A DNA stretch of 64,000 nucleotides from an uncultured Bacteroidales bacterium (GTDB lineage: Bacteria; Bacteroidota; Bacteroidia; Bacteroidales; UBA932), in the NCBI GenBank assembly GCA_900319855.1, contig ONQC01000010.1, positions 689-64,688 on the forward strand, in the 5' to 3' direction. Made by a program: the position numbers and the translations under genes. The notes under the pieces are model-generated. The model saw only the letters and a program-made list of their open reading frames with translations. It was not told the origin of the DNA and did not search any database. How positions within the stretch are numbered: position 1 is the first letter of the stretch; every line of letters begins with the position of its first letter. Below are positions 8,987-18,854 of the stretch, piece after piece.

Positions 8987-9045
8987 ATTTAACAGCGTTC
9001 CGGGCTTTTCTGCCGCCTGTCGGACCCTATCCTCGGGCTTGAATC

Positions 9046-9558
9046 CTAGAACGGGAGGTCGTCGCCGGAATCGGCTCCGGGCATGTCCTCGATCGTCGGT
9101 GCGGGTGCGGAGGCGTATCCGGCGCCCTGGGGATCGCGCGGGGCGAATCCGGCGGGGACGTCCTGGCTGCCGCGCGGAGCGGATGGCTGCTGGGCGTAGT
9201 TCGGGGCGGACGGCTGCGGACCGTAAGCCTGCGGTGCAGACGGGGCATAGCCCTGGGCCTGCGGCTGGGCGGCCTGTCCGGCCGGGGCGATGCGCCAGGC
9301 GCGGAGGTCGGTGTACCAGCGTCCGTTGAATTCGCGGCTGCTCGGCGCAAAGGAAACGCGGATTTCATCGCCTACCTGGTAGCGCTCGAGGTCACGGACC
9401 TTGTCGGCGCCCCAGACGTTGAAGACGACATTGGACGGAAAATTGCCGTCCTGGAACTCCACGACGAATTCCTGCTTCGACCAGTCGCCGCGGGCCGACC
9501 GTCCGGACTGGACGGCCAGCTTGCGGACGAGCCGGCCTTCGATTTCAAGATTGGCCAT
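9046..9558 (-). CDS. DUF3127 domain protein (OB-fold/SSB-like) with Pro/Gln-rich linker and DDLPF tail
   Basis: W.KQEFVVE, V.F.VWG.DK, SREFNGRWYTDLRAWRI; C-terminus DSGDDLPF. Confidence 0.85.
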   Translation of the reverse strand: MANLEIEGRLVRKLAVQSGRSARGDWSKQEFVVEFQDGNFPSNVVFNVWGADKVRDLERYQVGDEIRVSFAPSSREFNGRWYTDLRAWRIAPAGQAAQPQAQGYAPSAPQAYGPQPSAPNYAQQPSAPRGSQDVPAGFAPRDPQGAGYASAPAPTIEDMPGADSGDDLPF

Positions 9559-9560
9559 CC

Positions 9561-10373
9561 TTATTTCTTCTCCTCTTCGACGACGGGTTCGACGAACGGA
9601 TGGACCTCGGTCATCTCCACTTCAAAGGTGAGCGGAGTGTTCGGCTCGATGCCGCGGTTGCCGTTCTCGCCATAAGCGAGCTTGGACGGGATAACGAGGT
9701 TGATCTTGCCACCTTCGCCGATGAGCTGCAGGCCTTCGGTCCAGCCGGCGATGACCTGGTTCAGGCGCATGGAGATCGGGTCGGCGCCTTCCGGAGTCTC
9801 ATCGAACACGCTGCCATCCGGCAGGGTGCCTTTGTAACGGACGAGGACGGTATCCTGCGGACCCGGCTTGACATCGTTACCGGCCTCGACGATCTGATAT
9901 TGCAGGCCGCTTTCGGTCTCGGTGAAGCCCTTGCCCAGGTTCTTGGCGAGGAATTCCTTCTCCTTCTGGATGTTGAGGGTGGCGACATAGTCCTGGCGCT
10001 TGGCGAGGTACTCGTTGAAGATGCGGGTCATCTCGTTGGGATCGATCTTGAACTGCTTGACGAATTCCGGATCCTGCTGGTTGCCCTTGGCGTTGACGAA
10101 GTCGTCCATGCCGCGCTTCATCTGGGAGTAGTTGATGTCATCGCCGAAGTTGTAACCCTTCAGGAAGCTGCCGAAGTTGATGCCGAGCAGGTAGCTGACG
10201 GAATCGATCTCAGCCTTGGACGGGAGATAGTCTTTCGGGTTGGTGGATTTGACGGTCTGGGCGACTCCGAGGGAGTCGGTCTGGGCACCGGCGGAAGCGT
10301 TGCCGCCTTTCTGCCCGCATGCGACAGTCATGGCAAGTACCATGGCCGCTGCGAAGAATTTGGTTGTCTTCAT
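9561..10373 (-). CDS. FKBP-type peptidyl-prolyl cis-trans isomerase, lipoprotein (Mip/FkpA-like)
   Basis: Lipobox TVAC; DSVSYLLG dimerization domain; SGLQY, YKGTLPDG.VFD, VIAGWTEGLQL, IPSKLAYG. Confidence 0.92.
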   Translation of the reverse strand: MKTTKFFAAAMVLAMTVACGQKGGNASAGAQTDSLGVAQTVKSTNPKDYLPSKAEIDSVSYLLGINFGSFLKGYNFGDDINYSQMKRGMDDFVNAKGNQQDPEFVKQFKIDPNEMTRIFNEYLAKRQDYVATLNIQKEKEFLAKNLGKGFTETESGLQYQIVEAGNDVKPGPQDTVLVRYKGTLPDGSVFDETPEGADPISMRLNQVIAGWTEGLQLIGEGGKINLVIPSKLAYGENGNRGIEPNTPLTFEVEMTEVHPFVEPVVEEEKK

Positions 10374-10590
10374 ATATGATACCTTTTAGTTGATTTGCCT
10401 AATCACAAAATCGTACAAATATCGCAATAAAAATCGGAATAACCGCGTTTTGGTCCGGAAGTTTTCTCGCTCAGTCATTCACTGTAACGAAAACATTGAA
10501 AAAAACACCAAAAATTGGAGATTTAAGCCAAATTGATTAGGAAAATGTAAAAATTTGCTTATATTTATAAGGTTTTCAAAACCGGCCTCT

Positions 10591-12801
10591 ATGATCGACA
10601 CCCAATCCATCCATGCCAAACTGAAGGAATTCTTCGGTTATGACACCTTTAAAGGAGATCAGGAGGAAGTCATCCGCCATCTTGTCGATGGGGGAAATGC
10701 CTTCGTCCTGATGCCGACCGGAGGCGGAAAATCTCTCTGTTATCAGTTGCCTGCCCTGCTCATGGAGGGAACGGCCATCGTGATTTCTCCGCTGATCGCC
10801 CTGATGAAAAACCAGGTGGATGCCATCCGCGGATTCGTGGCCGGCAACGAAGGCATCGCCCATTTCCTCAATTCTTCCTTGAACAAGGCCCAGGTCCTGG
10901 CTGTGCGCGACGACTTGCTCAGCGGCGTGACGAAACTTCTGTACGTCGCTCCGGAGTCCCTGACCAAAGAGGAAAACATCGCCTTGCTCAAGGAAATCAA
11001 GATTTCGTTCTATGCCGTCGACGAGGCCCACTGTATCTCCGAATGGGGCCATGATTTCCGGCCGGAATACCGGCGGATCCGTGCCATCGTCGACGAAATC
11101 GGCCGGGCTCCGATCATCGCGCTGACCGCCACGGCGACACCGAAGGTCCAGAGCGACATCCTCAAGAACCTGGGCGTACCGGATGCCAAGGTTTTCAAGA
11201 GCTCCTTCAACCGTCCCAACCTGTACTATGAGGTACGCGACAAGGTCGAGCCGGAGAAGGACATCATCAAGTTCATCCGCCAGAACCCCGGCAAGTCCGG
11301 GATCATCTACTGTCTCAGCCGGAAAAAGGTTGAGGAGATGGCCCAGCTCCTGAACATCAACGGTATAAAGGCGCTTCCGTATCATGCCGGCCTGGATGCG
11401 AAGACCCGGGCCGACAACCAGGACGCCTTCCTGATGGAGTCGGTCGACGTCATCGTGGCGACCATCGCTTTCGGCATGGGCATCGACAAGCCGGACGTCC
11501 GTTTCGTGATCCACTACGACATCCCGAAGAGCATCGAAGGGTATTACCAGGAGACGGGCCGTGCCGGCCGCGACGGAAAAGAGGGGAGATGCATCACCTA
11601 CTACAGTTACAAGGATATCCAGAAACTGGAAAAATTCATGCAGGGAAAGCCGGTTTCCGAGCAGGAAATCGGACGTCAGCTGCTGATGGAAACGGTGGCG
11701 TACGCCGAGTCTGGCGAATGCCGGCGGAAGCTGCTGCTCAATTATTTCGGTGAGGATTATCCGAAGGACAACTGCGGCTCGTGCGACAATTGCGTGACGC
11801 CGAAAACCCGCTTTGACGGCCAGAAGCATATGCTGCTGGTAATCGGCCTGATCCAGGCCCTTCCGGAGCACTTCAAGCTCGAACACCTGGCAGCCATCCT
11901 CGCCGGCAAGTCCGGCGCCATGATCAAATCCTACCAGCATGACCGGCTGACCTATTTCGGCGCGGGCAAGGAGCACGATGAGAAATTCTGGTGCATGGTC
12001 ATCCACCAGGGACTCATCCTGCATCTGCTGGAAAAAGAGATCGAAAGCTATGGCCTGATTGCCGTGACCGAGGCCGGAATCGCCTTCCAGGCGGCGCCCT
12101 ATCCCATCCAGATGGCGGAAGACCGCGTCTTCTCGGACGGGACCGATGATGAAGAGGACGAGGAAGCGGCGGCCGCCCATGCGGCCATGCGCGGAGGCGG
12201 CGCCGCCGGGGACCCGACGCTCCTGGCCATGCTGAAGGACTTGCGCAAAAGCGTAGCCAAACGGCTGCATCTCCAGCCTTGGGTCATCTTTACCGACCCC
12301 TCGCTGGACGACATGTCGATCATGTATCCGCTGACTGTCGACGAGCTCAAGAACTGCCAGGGCGTAGGCGAGGGAAAGGCGAAGAAATTCGGCAAGGAGT
12401 TCATGGACCTCATCCGCAAGTATGTGGAAGAGAACGACATAACCCGCCCGGATGATTTTGTCGTCAAATCGATTGCCTCGAAGTCCCAGAACAAGATCTA
12501 CATCATCCAGTGCATCGACCGCCGTCTCGACCTGGAGGACATCGCGGAGTCCAAGGGCATGGAGATGGACGAGTTGCTTTCCGAGATCGAGAACATCGTC
12601 GAATATGGTACCCGGCTGAACCTGGACTACTATATCAAGGCGAACCTGGATGAAGATGTCGTGGAGGAGATCTACGATTATTTCCGGAATGAGGCCCAGT
12701 CCGACTCTGTCGCCGATGCCATCAAAGCCCTTGGCCCGGATTACGAAGAGATTGAAATCCGTCTCGTCCGCCTCAAATTCCTCAGCGAGGTGGCCAACTG
12801 A
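10591..12801 (+). CDS. recQ: ATP-dependent DNA helicase RecQ
   Basis: TGGGKSLCYQ, DEAHCISEWGHDFRPEY, ATIAFGMGIDKPDVR, YYQETGRAGRDG, RQC zinc Cys cluster, HRDC region. ATG 10591 preferred over the upstream TTG. Confidence 0.96.
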   Translation: MIDTQSIHAKLKEFFGYDTFKGDQEEVIRHLVDGGNAFVLMPTGGGKSLCYQLPALLMEGTAIVISPLIALMKNQVDAIRGFVAGNEGIAHFLNSSLNKAQVLAVRDDLLSGVTKLLYVAPESLTKEENIALLKEIKISFYAVDEAHCISEWGHDFRPEYRRIRAIVDEIGRAPIIALTATATPKVQSDILKNLGVPDAKVFKSSFNRPNLYYEVRDKVEPEKDIIKFIRQNPGKSGIIYCLSRKKVEEMAQLLNINGIKALPYHAGLDAKTRADNQDAFLMESVDVIVATIAFGMGIDKPDVRFVIHYDIPKSIEGYYQETGRAGRDGKEGRCITYYSYKDIQKLEKFMQGKPVSEQEIGRQLLMETVAYAESGECRRKLLLNYFGEDYPKDNCGSCDNCVTPKTRFDGQKHMLLVIGLIQALPEHFKLEHLAAILAGKSGAMIKSYQHDRLTYFGAGKEHDEKFWCMVIHQGLILHLLEKEIESYGLIAVTEAGIAFQAAPYPIQMAEDRVFSDGTDDEEDEEAAAAHAAMRGGGAAGDPTLLAMLKDLRKSVAKRLHLQPWVIFTDPSLDDMSIMYPLTVDELKNCQGVGEGKAKKFGKEFMDLIRKYVEENDITRPDDFVVKSIASKSQNKIYIIQCIDRRLDLEDIAESKGMEMDELLSEIENIVEYGTRLNLDYYIKANLDEDVVEEIYDYFRNEAQSDSVADAIKALGPDYEEIEIRLVRLKFLSEVAN

Positions 12802-12825
12802 CGCAACGCGCGAATTACCTGCCTG

Positions 12826-12851
12826 AAAGCCCGGAAAAGTCCGGGCTTTTT
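12826..12851 (+). terminator. Intrinsic terminator after recQ
   Basis: aaagcccgga-aaag-tccgggctttt. Confidence 0.8.
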
Positions 12852-12853
12852 GC

Positions 12854-12861
12854 TATATTTG
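12854..12861 (+). promoter_or_regulatory. Bacteroidetes -7 box (TATATTTG) for the DUF308-dnaG-metG-murB-murA unit
   Basis: Exact TAnnTTTG immediately after the recQ terminator. Confidence 0.65.
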
Positions 12862-12889
12862 CAAGTTAAAGCACAAATCAGACGCAGAC

Positions 12890-13576
12890 ATGATTTTTTT
12901 CGGATACAAAACCAAGTTCAGCAGCATCCTGAGGGCCTTGTCGGCCATCGCCATCGGTTTGGTGATGCTGCTGCGGACGGATGCTTCCGTCATGGTTGTC
13001 AAGATCATAGCGGCCTTGCTGATCGTCGCGGGCATCGTTTCGCTTATACATGGCTATAAGAAACGCGCCGAAGGCGCACTCCCGCTGATGGGCATGAACG
13101 GTGGCGTAGACATCCTGCTCGGTCTGGTCCTGTTCTTCTGGCCGGGTGCCGTGGCCGGTTTCATCGTGGCGGCCATCGGCATCGTCCTGATCCTGTTCGG
13201 CATCCTGCAGTTCATCGTCATGAGCGGCACCATTTCCCTGCTGGGGCAGGGGCTGATTCCGTTGCTCCTGTCCGGCCTGGCCGTGATCGGCGGCATCACC
13301 TTGTTGGCCAATCCTTGGGAAAATACGGTGATGAGCCGCCTGGCGGGCATCTTGCTGATCTACTATGGCGTGACGGAACTCCTTTCGACCCGGCGGATGG
13401 TCCGGGCCAAGGAAGAGTATGAGATCCGTTTCGCCCCCAAGAACGAGGACGCTGCCCCTTCGCCGGCGCCGGAGACGGACTTGGCCGAGGTGAAAGACAT
13501 TGAATATGAAAAGGTGGATGACCCGGCGGAAACCGGATTCTGGTACCGGAATTCCACCCATCCTGACGAGCAGTAG
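12890..13576 (+). CDS. HdeD/DUF308 family inner-membrane protein
   Basis: About six hydrophobic segments in a duplicated three-helix pattern; acidic C-tail; usual position upstream of dnaG. Confidence 0.75.
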   Translation: MIFFGYKTKFSSILRALSAIAIGLVMLLRTDASVMVVKIIAALLIVAGIVSLIHGYKKRAEGALPLMGMNGGVDILLGLVLFFWPGAVAGFIVAAIGIVLILFGILQFIVMSGTISLLGQGLIPLLLSGLAVIGGITLLANPWENTVMSRLAGILLIYYGVTELLSTRRMVRAKEEYEIRFAPKNEDAAPSPAPETDLAEVKDIEYEKVDDPAETGFWYRNSTHPDEQ

Positions 13577-13582
13577 CCCAGT

Positions 13583-15574
13583 ATGATTCCGCAGGACACC
13601 GTAGCCAAGATCCTTGATTCGGCGCAAATCGTCGAAGTGGTCGGGGATTTCGTGACGCTCAGGCGCCGCGGGGCCAACTACGTGGCCTGCTGTCCGTTCC
13701 ACAACGAGAAGACCCCGTCTTTCTACGTTTCGCCGTCCAAAGGCATCTACAAGTGCTTCGGTTGCGGCAAGTCCGGAACGGCCGTGGGATTTGTCATGGA
13801 ACATGAGAACCTGTCTTATGTCGAAGCCCTGAAATACCTGGCCCGGAAATACCACATCGAAGTCGTCGAAAAAGAGCAGACCGCCGAGGAGATCGCCGCC
13901 CGTCAGCGCAGTGAAAGCCTCCTGCTGGTCAGCGAATTCGCCGGACAGTTTTACAAGGACGCCCTGAAGGAAGGGGAGGGTCGCGCCGTCGGCCTGGCCT
14001 ACTTCCGCAGCCGCGGGCTGGAAGATGCGACCATTGAGAAATACGGCCTGGGCTGGGCCCCGAAAGGGCGGCATGCCCTGCTGGATGCCGCGCGCGCCAA
14101 AGGCTACAAGGACGAGTACCTGACCGCCACCGGCCTGTGCAAGCAATACGAGGACGGTCACCTGGCCGACCTCTTCTCGGACCGGGTCATGTTCCCGATC
14201 CATTCCGTCAGCGGACGGGTGGTGGCCTTCGGCGGCCGGACCCTGTCTTCGGATAAATCCGTCCCGAAATACGTCAACTCCCCGACGACGGAAATCTACC
14301 TGAAGGATAAGACCCTGTATGGCCTGTATTTCGCCCGTACGGAGATCGTCCGCCAGGGTCGGTGCTATATCGTTGAGGGCTACCTGGACGTGCTGAGCAT
14401 GCACCAGCTGGGCATCACCAACGTCGTGGCCCCGTGCGGCACCTCGTTCACGGTCGACCAGATCCGGGTGGTCCGGAAGTTCACGGAAAACCTGGTGCTG
14501 ATGTTCGACGGCGACGGCGCCGGCATCCATGCGGCCGAGCGCGGCATCGGACTGGCCCTGAAAGAGGGCCTGAATGTCAAGGTGGTCCTGATCCCCGACG
14601 GGGACGATCCGGACTCCTATTCCCGCAAGCATACCTTGGAAGAGGTCCAGGAGTTCCTCGCCGCCAACGAGCAGGATTTCATTTCCTTCAAGACCGACCG
14701 GACCCTGGCCGAGGCGGGCAATGACCCCCTCAAACGGGCCGAACTGATCAATGACATCGCCGATACCATCGCCCTGATTCCGGACCAGGTAAAGCGGACC
14801 GTGTTCGTCCAGGCTACGGCCGAGCGGTTCGACATCGACTCCCAAATCCTGTTCCAGCGGGTTCGGCGGACCCGGGAGAAAATGCTGGTGGATGACCAGG
14901 CGGCCGCCGACCGGGAGCGCGCCCGCCGGGAGAGGCTGTCCGAAGTTCCCGAGGCCCAGCCGGGCGATCCGGGGCCACAAGACGTCCCGGTCCCGACGGT
15001 AGAAGACCTGGCCTTCGAGAATCCGGTCCTCGCCCCGTGCGAGCGGGAACTGCTCTGGTTTATCCTGAACTGGGGCGTCTCCGAACTGGAATTCGAAACG
15101 GACCATGAGTTCTATGACCCGGAAGGGAACAGTACCGTGGCCGATTTTATCCGGAGCAACCTGGAAGCCGATCATTTCGCCTTTGTCAATTCCGTCTACG
15201 GGCGCACCTATGACGCGTACTTCGCTTTGTACGACGGGCGGCCGGAACTCGATCAGGACGGCATCGTGCGGATGCTGATGGACGGTGCCGACCGGACCGT
15301 CGCCAACATGGTTGCCCAATTGACCCAGGAGCGTTACAACTTGACGGTCAAGAACTACCAGGCGGCGATGACCGCGACGGCGACCATGCTGGTCATGCGG
15401 GTACCCCGGGCCATCCGGGTCTACCAGGAAAAACGCGTGACGGTGCGGCAGCGCGAAGTCGAAGCGGCCCTCAAAGATGCTCCCGTCGAGCAGCAGCTGG
15501 ACCTGCTGCGGGAGCTGCAACGGCTTTCCGTCCTGCGGGCCCGGGTGCTGAAGACCCTGGGCCGTGTACAATAG
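13583..15574 (+). CDS. dnaG: DNA primase
   Basis: CHC2 zinc finger CPFHNEKTPSF..CFGC, FGGR, KYVNSP, TOPRIM VEGYLDV and FDGDGAG. Confidence 0.96.
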   Translation: MIPQDTVAKILDSAQIVEVVGDFVTLRRRGANYVACCPFHNEKTPSFYVSPSKGIYKCFGCGKSGTAVGFVMEHENLSYVEALKYLARKYHIEVVEKEQTAEEIAARQRSESLLLVSEFAGQFYKDALKEGEGRAVGLAYFRSRGLEDATIEKYGLGWAPKGRHALLDAARAKGYKDEYLTATGLCKQYEDGHLADLFSDRVMFPIHSVSGRVVAFGGRTLSSDKSVPKYVNSPTTEIYLKDKTLYGLYFARTEIVRQGRCYIVEGYLDVLSMHQLGITNVVAPCGTSFTVDQIRVVRKFTENLVLMFDGDGAGIHAAERGIGLALKEGLNVKVVLIPDGDDPDSYSRKHTLEEVQEFLAANEQDFISFKTDRTLAEAGNDPLKRAELINDIADTIALIPDQVKRTVFVQATAERFDIDSQILFQRVRRTREKMLVDDQAAADRERARRERLSEVPEAQPGDPGPQDVPVPTVEDLAFENPVLAPCERELLWFILNWGVSELEFETDHEFYDPEGNSTVADFIRSNLEADHFAFVNSVYGRTYDAYFALYDGRPELDQDGIVRMLMDGADRTVANMVAQLTQERYNLTVKNYQAAMTATATMLVMRVPRAIRVYQEKRVTVRQREVEAALKDAPVEQQLDLLRELQRLSVLRARVLKTLGRVQ

Positions 15575-15598
15575 TAAACAAAACAGAATCAAAGATAT

Positions 15599-17809
15599 AT
15601 GGACAAGAAATTCAAGAGAACCCTCGTTACCTGTGCGCTCCCGTACGCCAACGGACCGGTGCACATCGGCCACCTGGCCGGTGCCTACATCCCGGGCGAC
15701 ATTTACGTGCGGTACCTGCGCCTCCGGGGCGAGGATGTCGTTTTCATCTGCGGCAGCGACGAGCATGGCGTGCCGATCACGATCAAGGCCCGCGAACAGG
15801 GTGTCAGCCCGCAGGACATCGTCGACAAGTACCACCAGATCATGAAGGATGCCTTCACCGGACTGGGCATCAATTTCGATATCTATTCCCGCACGACCTC
15901 CAAGGTCCATGAGCAGAACGCTTCCGAGTTCTTCCGCAAGCTCTACGACGATGATAAGTTCATTACGCAGGAAAGCGAGCAGTACTATGACGTTGAGGCG
16001 AAGACCTTCCTGGCCGACCGCTATATCGAAGGAACCTGCCCGAAATGCGGCAATCCGCACGCCTATGGCGACCAGTGCGAGAAATGCGGCAGCACCCTCA
16101 GCCCGACCGAGCTGATCGACCCGCATTCCCGCCTGAGCGGCGGCGTGATCGAAAAGCGCAAGACCAAGCACTGGTACCTGCCGCTGGACCGCTACGAGCC
16201 GTGGCTCCGGGATTGGATCCTCGAACAGCACAAGGAATGGAAATCCAATGTCTACGGCCAGTGCAAGAGCTGGCTGGACGGCGGCCTGCAGCCGCGTGCC
16301 GTGAGCCGCGACCTGGACTGGGGCGTGCCCGTCCCTGTGGACGGCGCCGAGGGCAAGGTCCTCTATGTCTGGTTTGACGCGCCGATCGGCTACATTTCCA
16401 ACACCAAGGAGCTGCTTCCGCAGAGCTGGGAGAAATGGTGGAAATCCGAGGATACGAAGCTGGTGCATTTCATCGGCAAGGACAACATCGTCTTCCATTG
16501 CATCGTCTTCCCGTCCATGCTGAAGGCCTATGGCGACTATGTCCTGCCGGACAATGTCCCTTCCAACGAGTTCCTGAACCTCGAGGGTGACAAGATCTCG
16601 ACCTCCCGCGGCTGGGCGGTCTGGGTCAATGAGTTCGTCGACGAGTTCAAGGGCCAGGAGGATGTGCTCCGCTACGTGCTCTGCGCCAACGCCCCGGAGA
16701 CCAAGGACAACGATTTCACCTGGAAGGATTTCCAGCAGCGCAACAATTCCGAGCTGGTGGCCATCTTCGGCAACTTCGTCAACCGCGCCGTGGTCTTGAC
16801 CCATAAGTACTTCGGTGGCAAGGTCCCGGCCAACCTGAAGCCCGAGGCCGTCGATGCCGAAACGCTCGCCCAGATCATTCCCGCGAAGGAGGCCCTCGAG
16901 AAATACATCGAGACCTACCATTTCCGCGAGGCCCTGAAAGAGGCCATGAACATCGCCCGCATCGGCAACAAGTACATCTCCGATACCGAGCCGTGGAAGG
17001 TCGCGAAGACGGATATGGACCGCACGGCTTCCATCCTGTATACCTGCCTGCAGATCTGTGCCGACCTGGCGCTGGTCTTCGAACCTTTCACCCCGTTTGC
17101 AGCGGAGCGCCTGCGTACCATGCTGCGCGTGGGCGTGAACGCCGGTACCGACCACCGCGCCGGCGAAGGGACGGTCGCCGTCTCCGATTTCGGCGTCAAG
17201 GGTACCCCGGGCGAGAACTTCTACCGTCCGGACGAGGGTTGCGCCTTGCATACCGGCAAGCCTTCGGAATTCCCGCTGGTGCTGGAATGGAACATGCTCG
17301 GTGCGGATGAACTGCTGCCGGCCGGCCATGAACTCGGCACGGCGGAACTGCTATTCCAGAAGATCGAAGACAGCGTCGTGGACGCCCAGATCGCCCGGCT
17401 CGCCGCCATCAAGGCCGAACGCGAGGCCGCTGCCGCCGCCAAGGAAGCCGAAGAGGCTGCCAAGCGGGTCGAGCCCCAGAAAGACGAGGTGACCTTCGAG
17501 CAGTTCGGCGCCATGGATATCCGCACGGCGACCGTCCTGGCGGCCGAGCGGGTCCCCAAGACCGACAAGCTCCTGAAACTCACCATCGATACCGGTATCG
17601 ACGAACGGACGATCGTCTCCGGCATCGCGGAATACTACAGCCCGGAAGACATGCTCGGCAAACAGATCTGCATCCTGGCGAACCTCGCCCCGCGCAAGAT
17701 CCGCGGCATTGAGTCCAAGGGCATGATCCTGATGGCCAAGCAGGGCGACGGGAAGATGCGTTTCATCACCCCGGCCGAGGTCGTGACCAACGGGGCCCAA
17801 GTCGGATAA
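15599..17809 (+). CDS. metG: Methionine--tRNA ligase with C-terminal tRNA-binding domain
   Basis: [19 protein letters not shown], zinc-knuckle Cys, KISTS, and C-terminal [25 protein letters not shown] domain. Confidence 0.96.
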   Translation: MDKKFKRTLVTCALPYANGPVHIGHLAGAYIPGDIYVRYLRLRGEDVVFICGSDEHGVPITIKAREQGVSPQDIVDKYHQIMKDAFTGLGINFDIYSRTTSKVHEQNASEFFRKLYDDDKFITQESEQYYDVEAKTFLADRYIEGTCPKCGNPHAYGDQCEKCGSTLSPTELIDPHSRLSGGVIEKRKTKHWYLPLDRYEPWLRDWILEQHKEWKSNVYGQCKSWLDGGLQPRAVSRDLDWGVPVPVDGAEGKVLYVWFDAPIGYISNTKELLPQSWEKWWKSEDTKLVHFIGKDNIVFHCIVFPSMLKAYGDYVLPDNVPSNEFLNLEGDKISTSRGWAVWVNEFVDEFKGQEDVLRYVLCANAPETKDNDFTWKDFQQRNNSELVAIFGNFVNRAVVLTHKYFGGKVPANLKPEAVDAETLAQIIPAKEALEKYIETYHFREALKEAMNIARIGNKYISDTEPWKVAKTDMDRTASILYTCLQICADLALVFEPFTPFAAERLRTMLRVGVNAGTDHRAGEGTVAVSDFGVKGTPGENFYRPDEGCALHTGKPSEFPLVLEWNMLGADELLPAGHELGTAELLFQKIEDSVVDAQIARLAAIKAEREAAAAAKEAEEAAKRVEPQKDEVTFEQFGAMDIRTATVLAAERVPKTDKLLKLTIDTGIDERTIVSGIAEYYSPEDMLGKQICILANLAPRKIRGIESKGMILMAKQGDGKMRFITPAEVVTNGAQVG

Positions 17810-17813
17810 GACC

Positions 17814-18845
17814 ATGAAAATCAGCTACGACGTCGATCTGCAGCCTTGGAACACCTTTGGCATGAAGGTGCGGGCCGCTGCGCTGCTGGAGTATGACTCC
17901 GAGGCAGAGCTGGCTTCTTTGCTGGCGGACCCCCTGTTCGTGGCGGAACTGCCGTTGCCGCTGCTGCCGGTCGGCGGCGGCAGCAACCTGCTCTTTACCG
18001 GGGATTTCCCGGGGACGGTCCTGCATTCCCGTATCCGGTTTATCCAGCCGGTGGGGGACCGGGTCCGCGTCGGCGCGGGCGTGGTGTGGGACGAATTCTG
18101 CGCCTGGGCGGCGTCACAGGGCCTGTGGGGACCGGAGAACCTGTCCCTGATTCCCGGTGAAGTCGGTGCCGCGGCAGTCCAGAACATCGGCGCCTACGGC
18201 CGGGAGGTCTGCGAACTGATCGAGACGGTCGAGTGTTTCGACCTCCTGCATCGGCGCAAGGTCGTTTTCCCTGCCTCGGAGTGCCGCTATGCCTACCGGG
18301 ATTCCCGGTTCAAGGGGGAGTGGAAAGGCCGGTACATCGTGCTGGCCGTCAACTTCCGGCTGTCCGGGGACTATACGCCGGTACTGGACTACGGCCATGT
18401 CCGCCAGGCGATGGAGAAAGCCGTCGGGGCGGAACCGTATACCCCGGCGCAGGTGCGGGACGTGATCATCGCCATCCGCAAGGACAAGCTCCCGGAGCCT
18501 TCCGAGGTCGGGAGCGCGGGCAGTTTCTTCCGGAATGCCTTCGTCCTGCCGGAGCAATATGCGCAGGTCGAACGGATTGCCGTGGCGGAAGGCCTGGGAC
18601 CGGTGCCGCATTTCCTGACGGAAGACGGCCTGGTCAAGATCCCGGCGGCCTGGCTGATTGACAAGTGCGGCTGGAAAGGCGTACGTCGCGGCAATGCGGG
18701 CGTATGGCCGGTGCAGCCGCTGGTGCTGGTCAACGCGACCGGCGCTGCCACTCCGGAGGAGATCCTTGCGTTGGAGGAAGAAATCGTGGCTTCCGTCCGA
18801 GCGCGTTTCGGGATCACCCTCCGCCCTGAAGTAGAACACATTTAA
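17814..18845 (+). CDS. murB: UDP-N-acetylmuramate dehydrogenase
   Basis: NTFG, GGGSNLL, ENLSLIPGEVGAAAVQNIGAYG, GSAGSFFRN, LRPEV. Confidence 0.95.
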   Translation: MKISYDVDLQPWNTFGMKVRAAALLEYDSEAELASLLADPLFVAELPLPLLPVGGGSNLLFTGDFPGTVLHSRIRFIQPVGDRVRVGAGVVWDEFCAWAASQGLWGPENLSLIPGEVGAAAVQNIGAYGREVCELIETVECFDLLHRRKVVFPASECRYAYRDSRFKGEWKGRYIVLAVNFRLSGDYTPVLDYGHVRQAMEKAVGAEPYTPAQVRDVIIAIRKDKLPEPSEVGSAGSFFRNAFVLPEQYAQVERIAVAEGLGPVPHFLTEDGLVKIPAAWLIDKCGWKGVRRGNAGVWPVQPLVLVNATGAATPEEILALEEEIVASVRARFGITLRPEVEHI

Positions 18846-18854
18846 CACTGAAAT

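Noticed and set aside
12878-17329. 1483-aa minus-strand ORF, and similar long antisense ORFs (3545-5548, 18114-20147, 26151-28187, 50330-54454, upstream part of 58182-62072)
   Set aside because: They are shadow frames opposite well-supported genes. Strong GC3 codon bias removes stops from the antisense frame, and they have no recognisable motifs.
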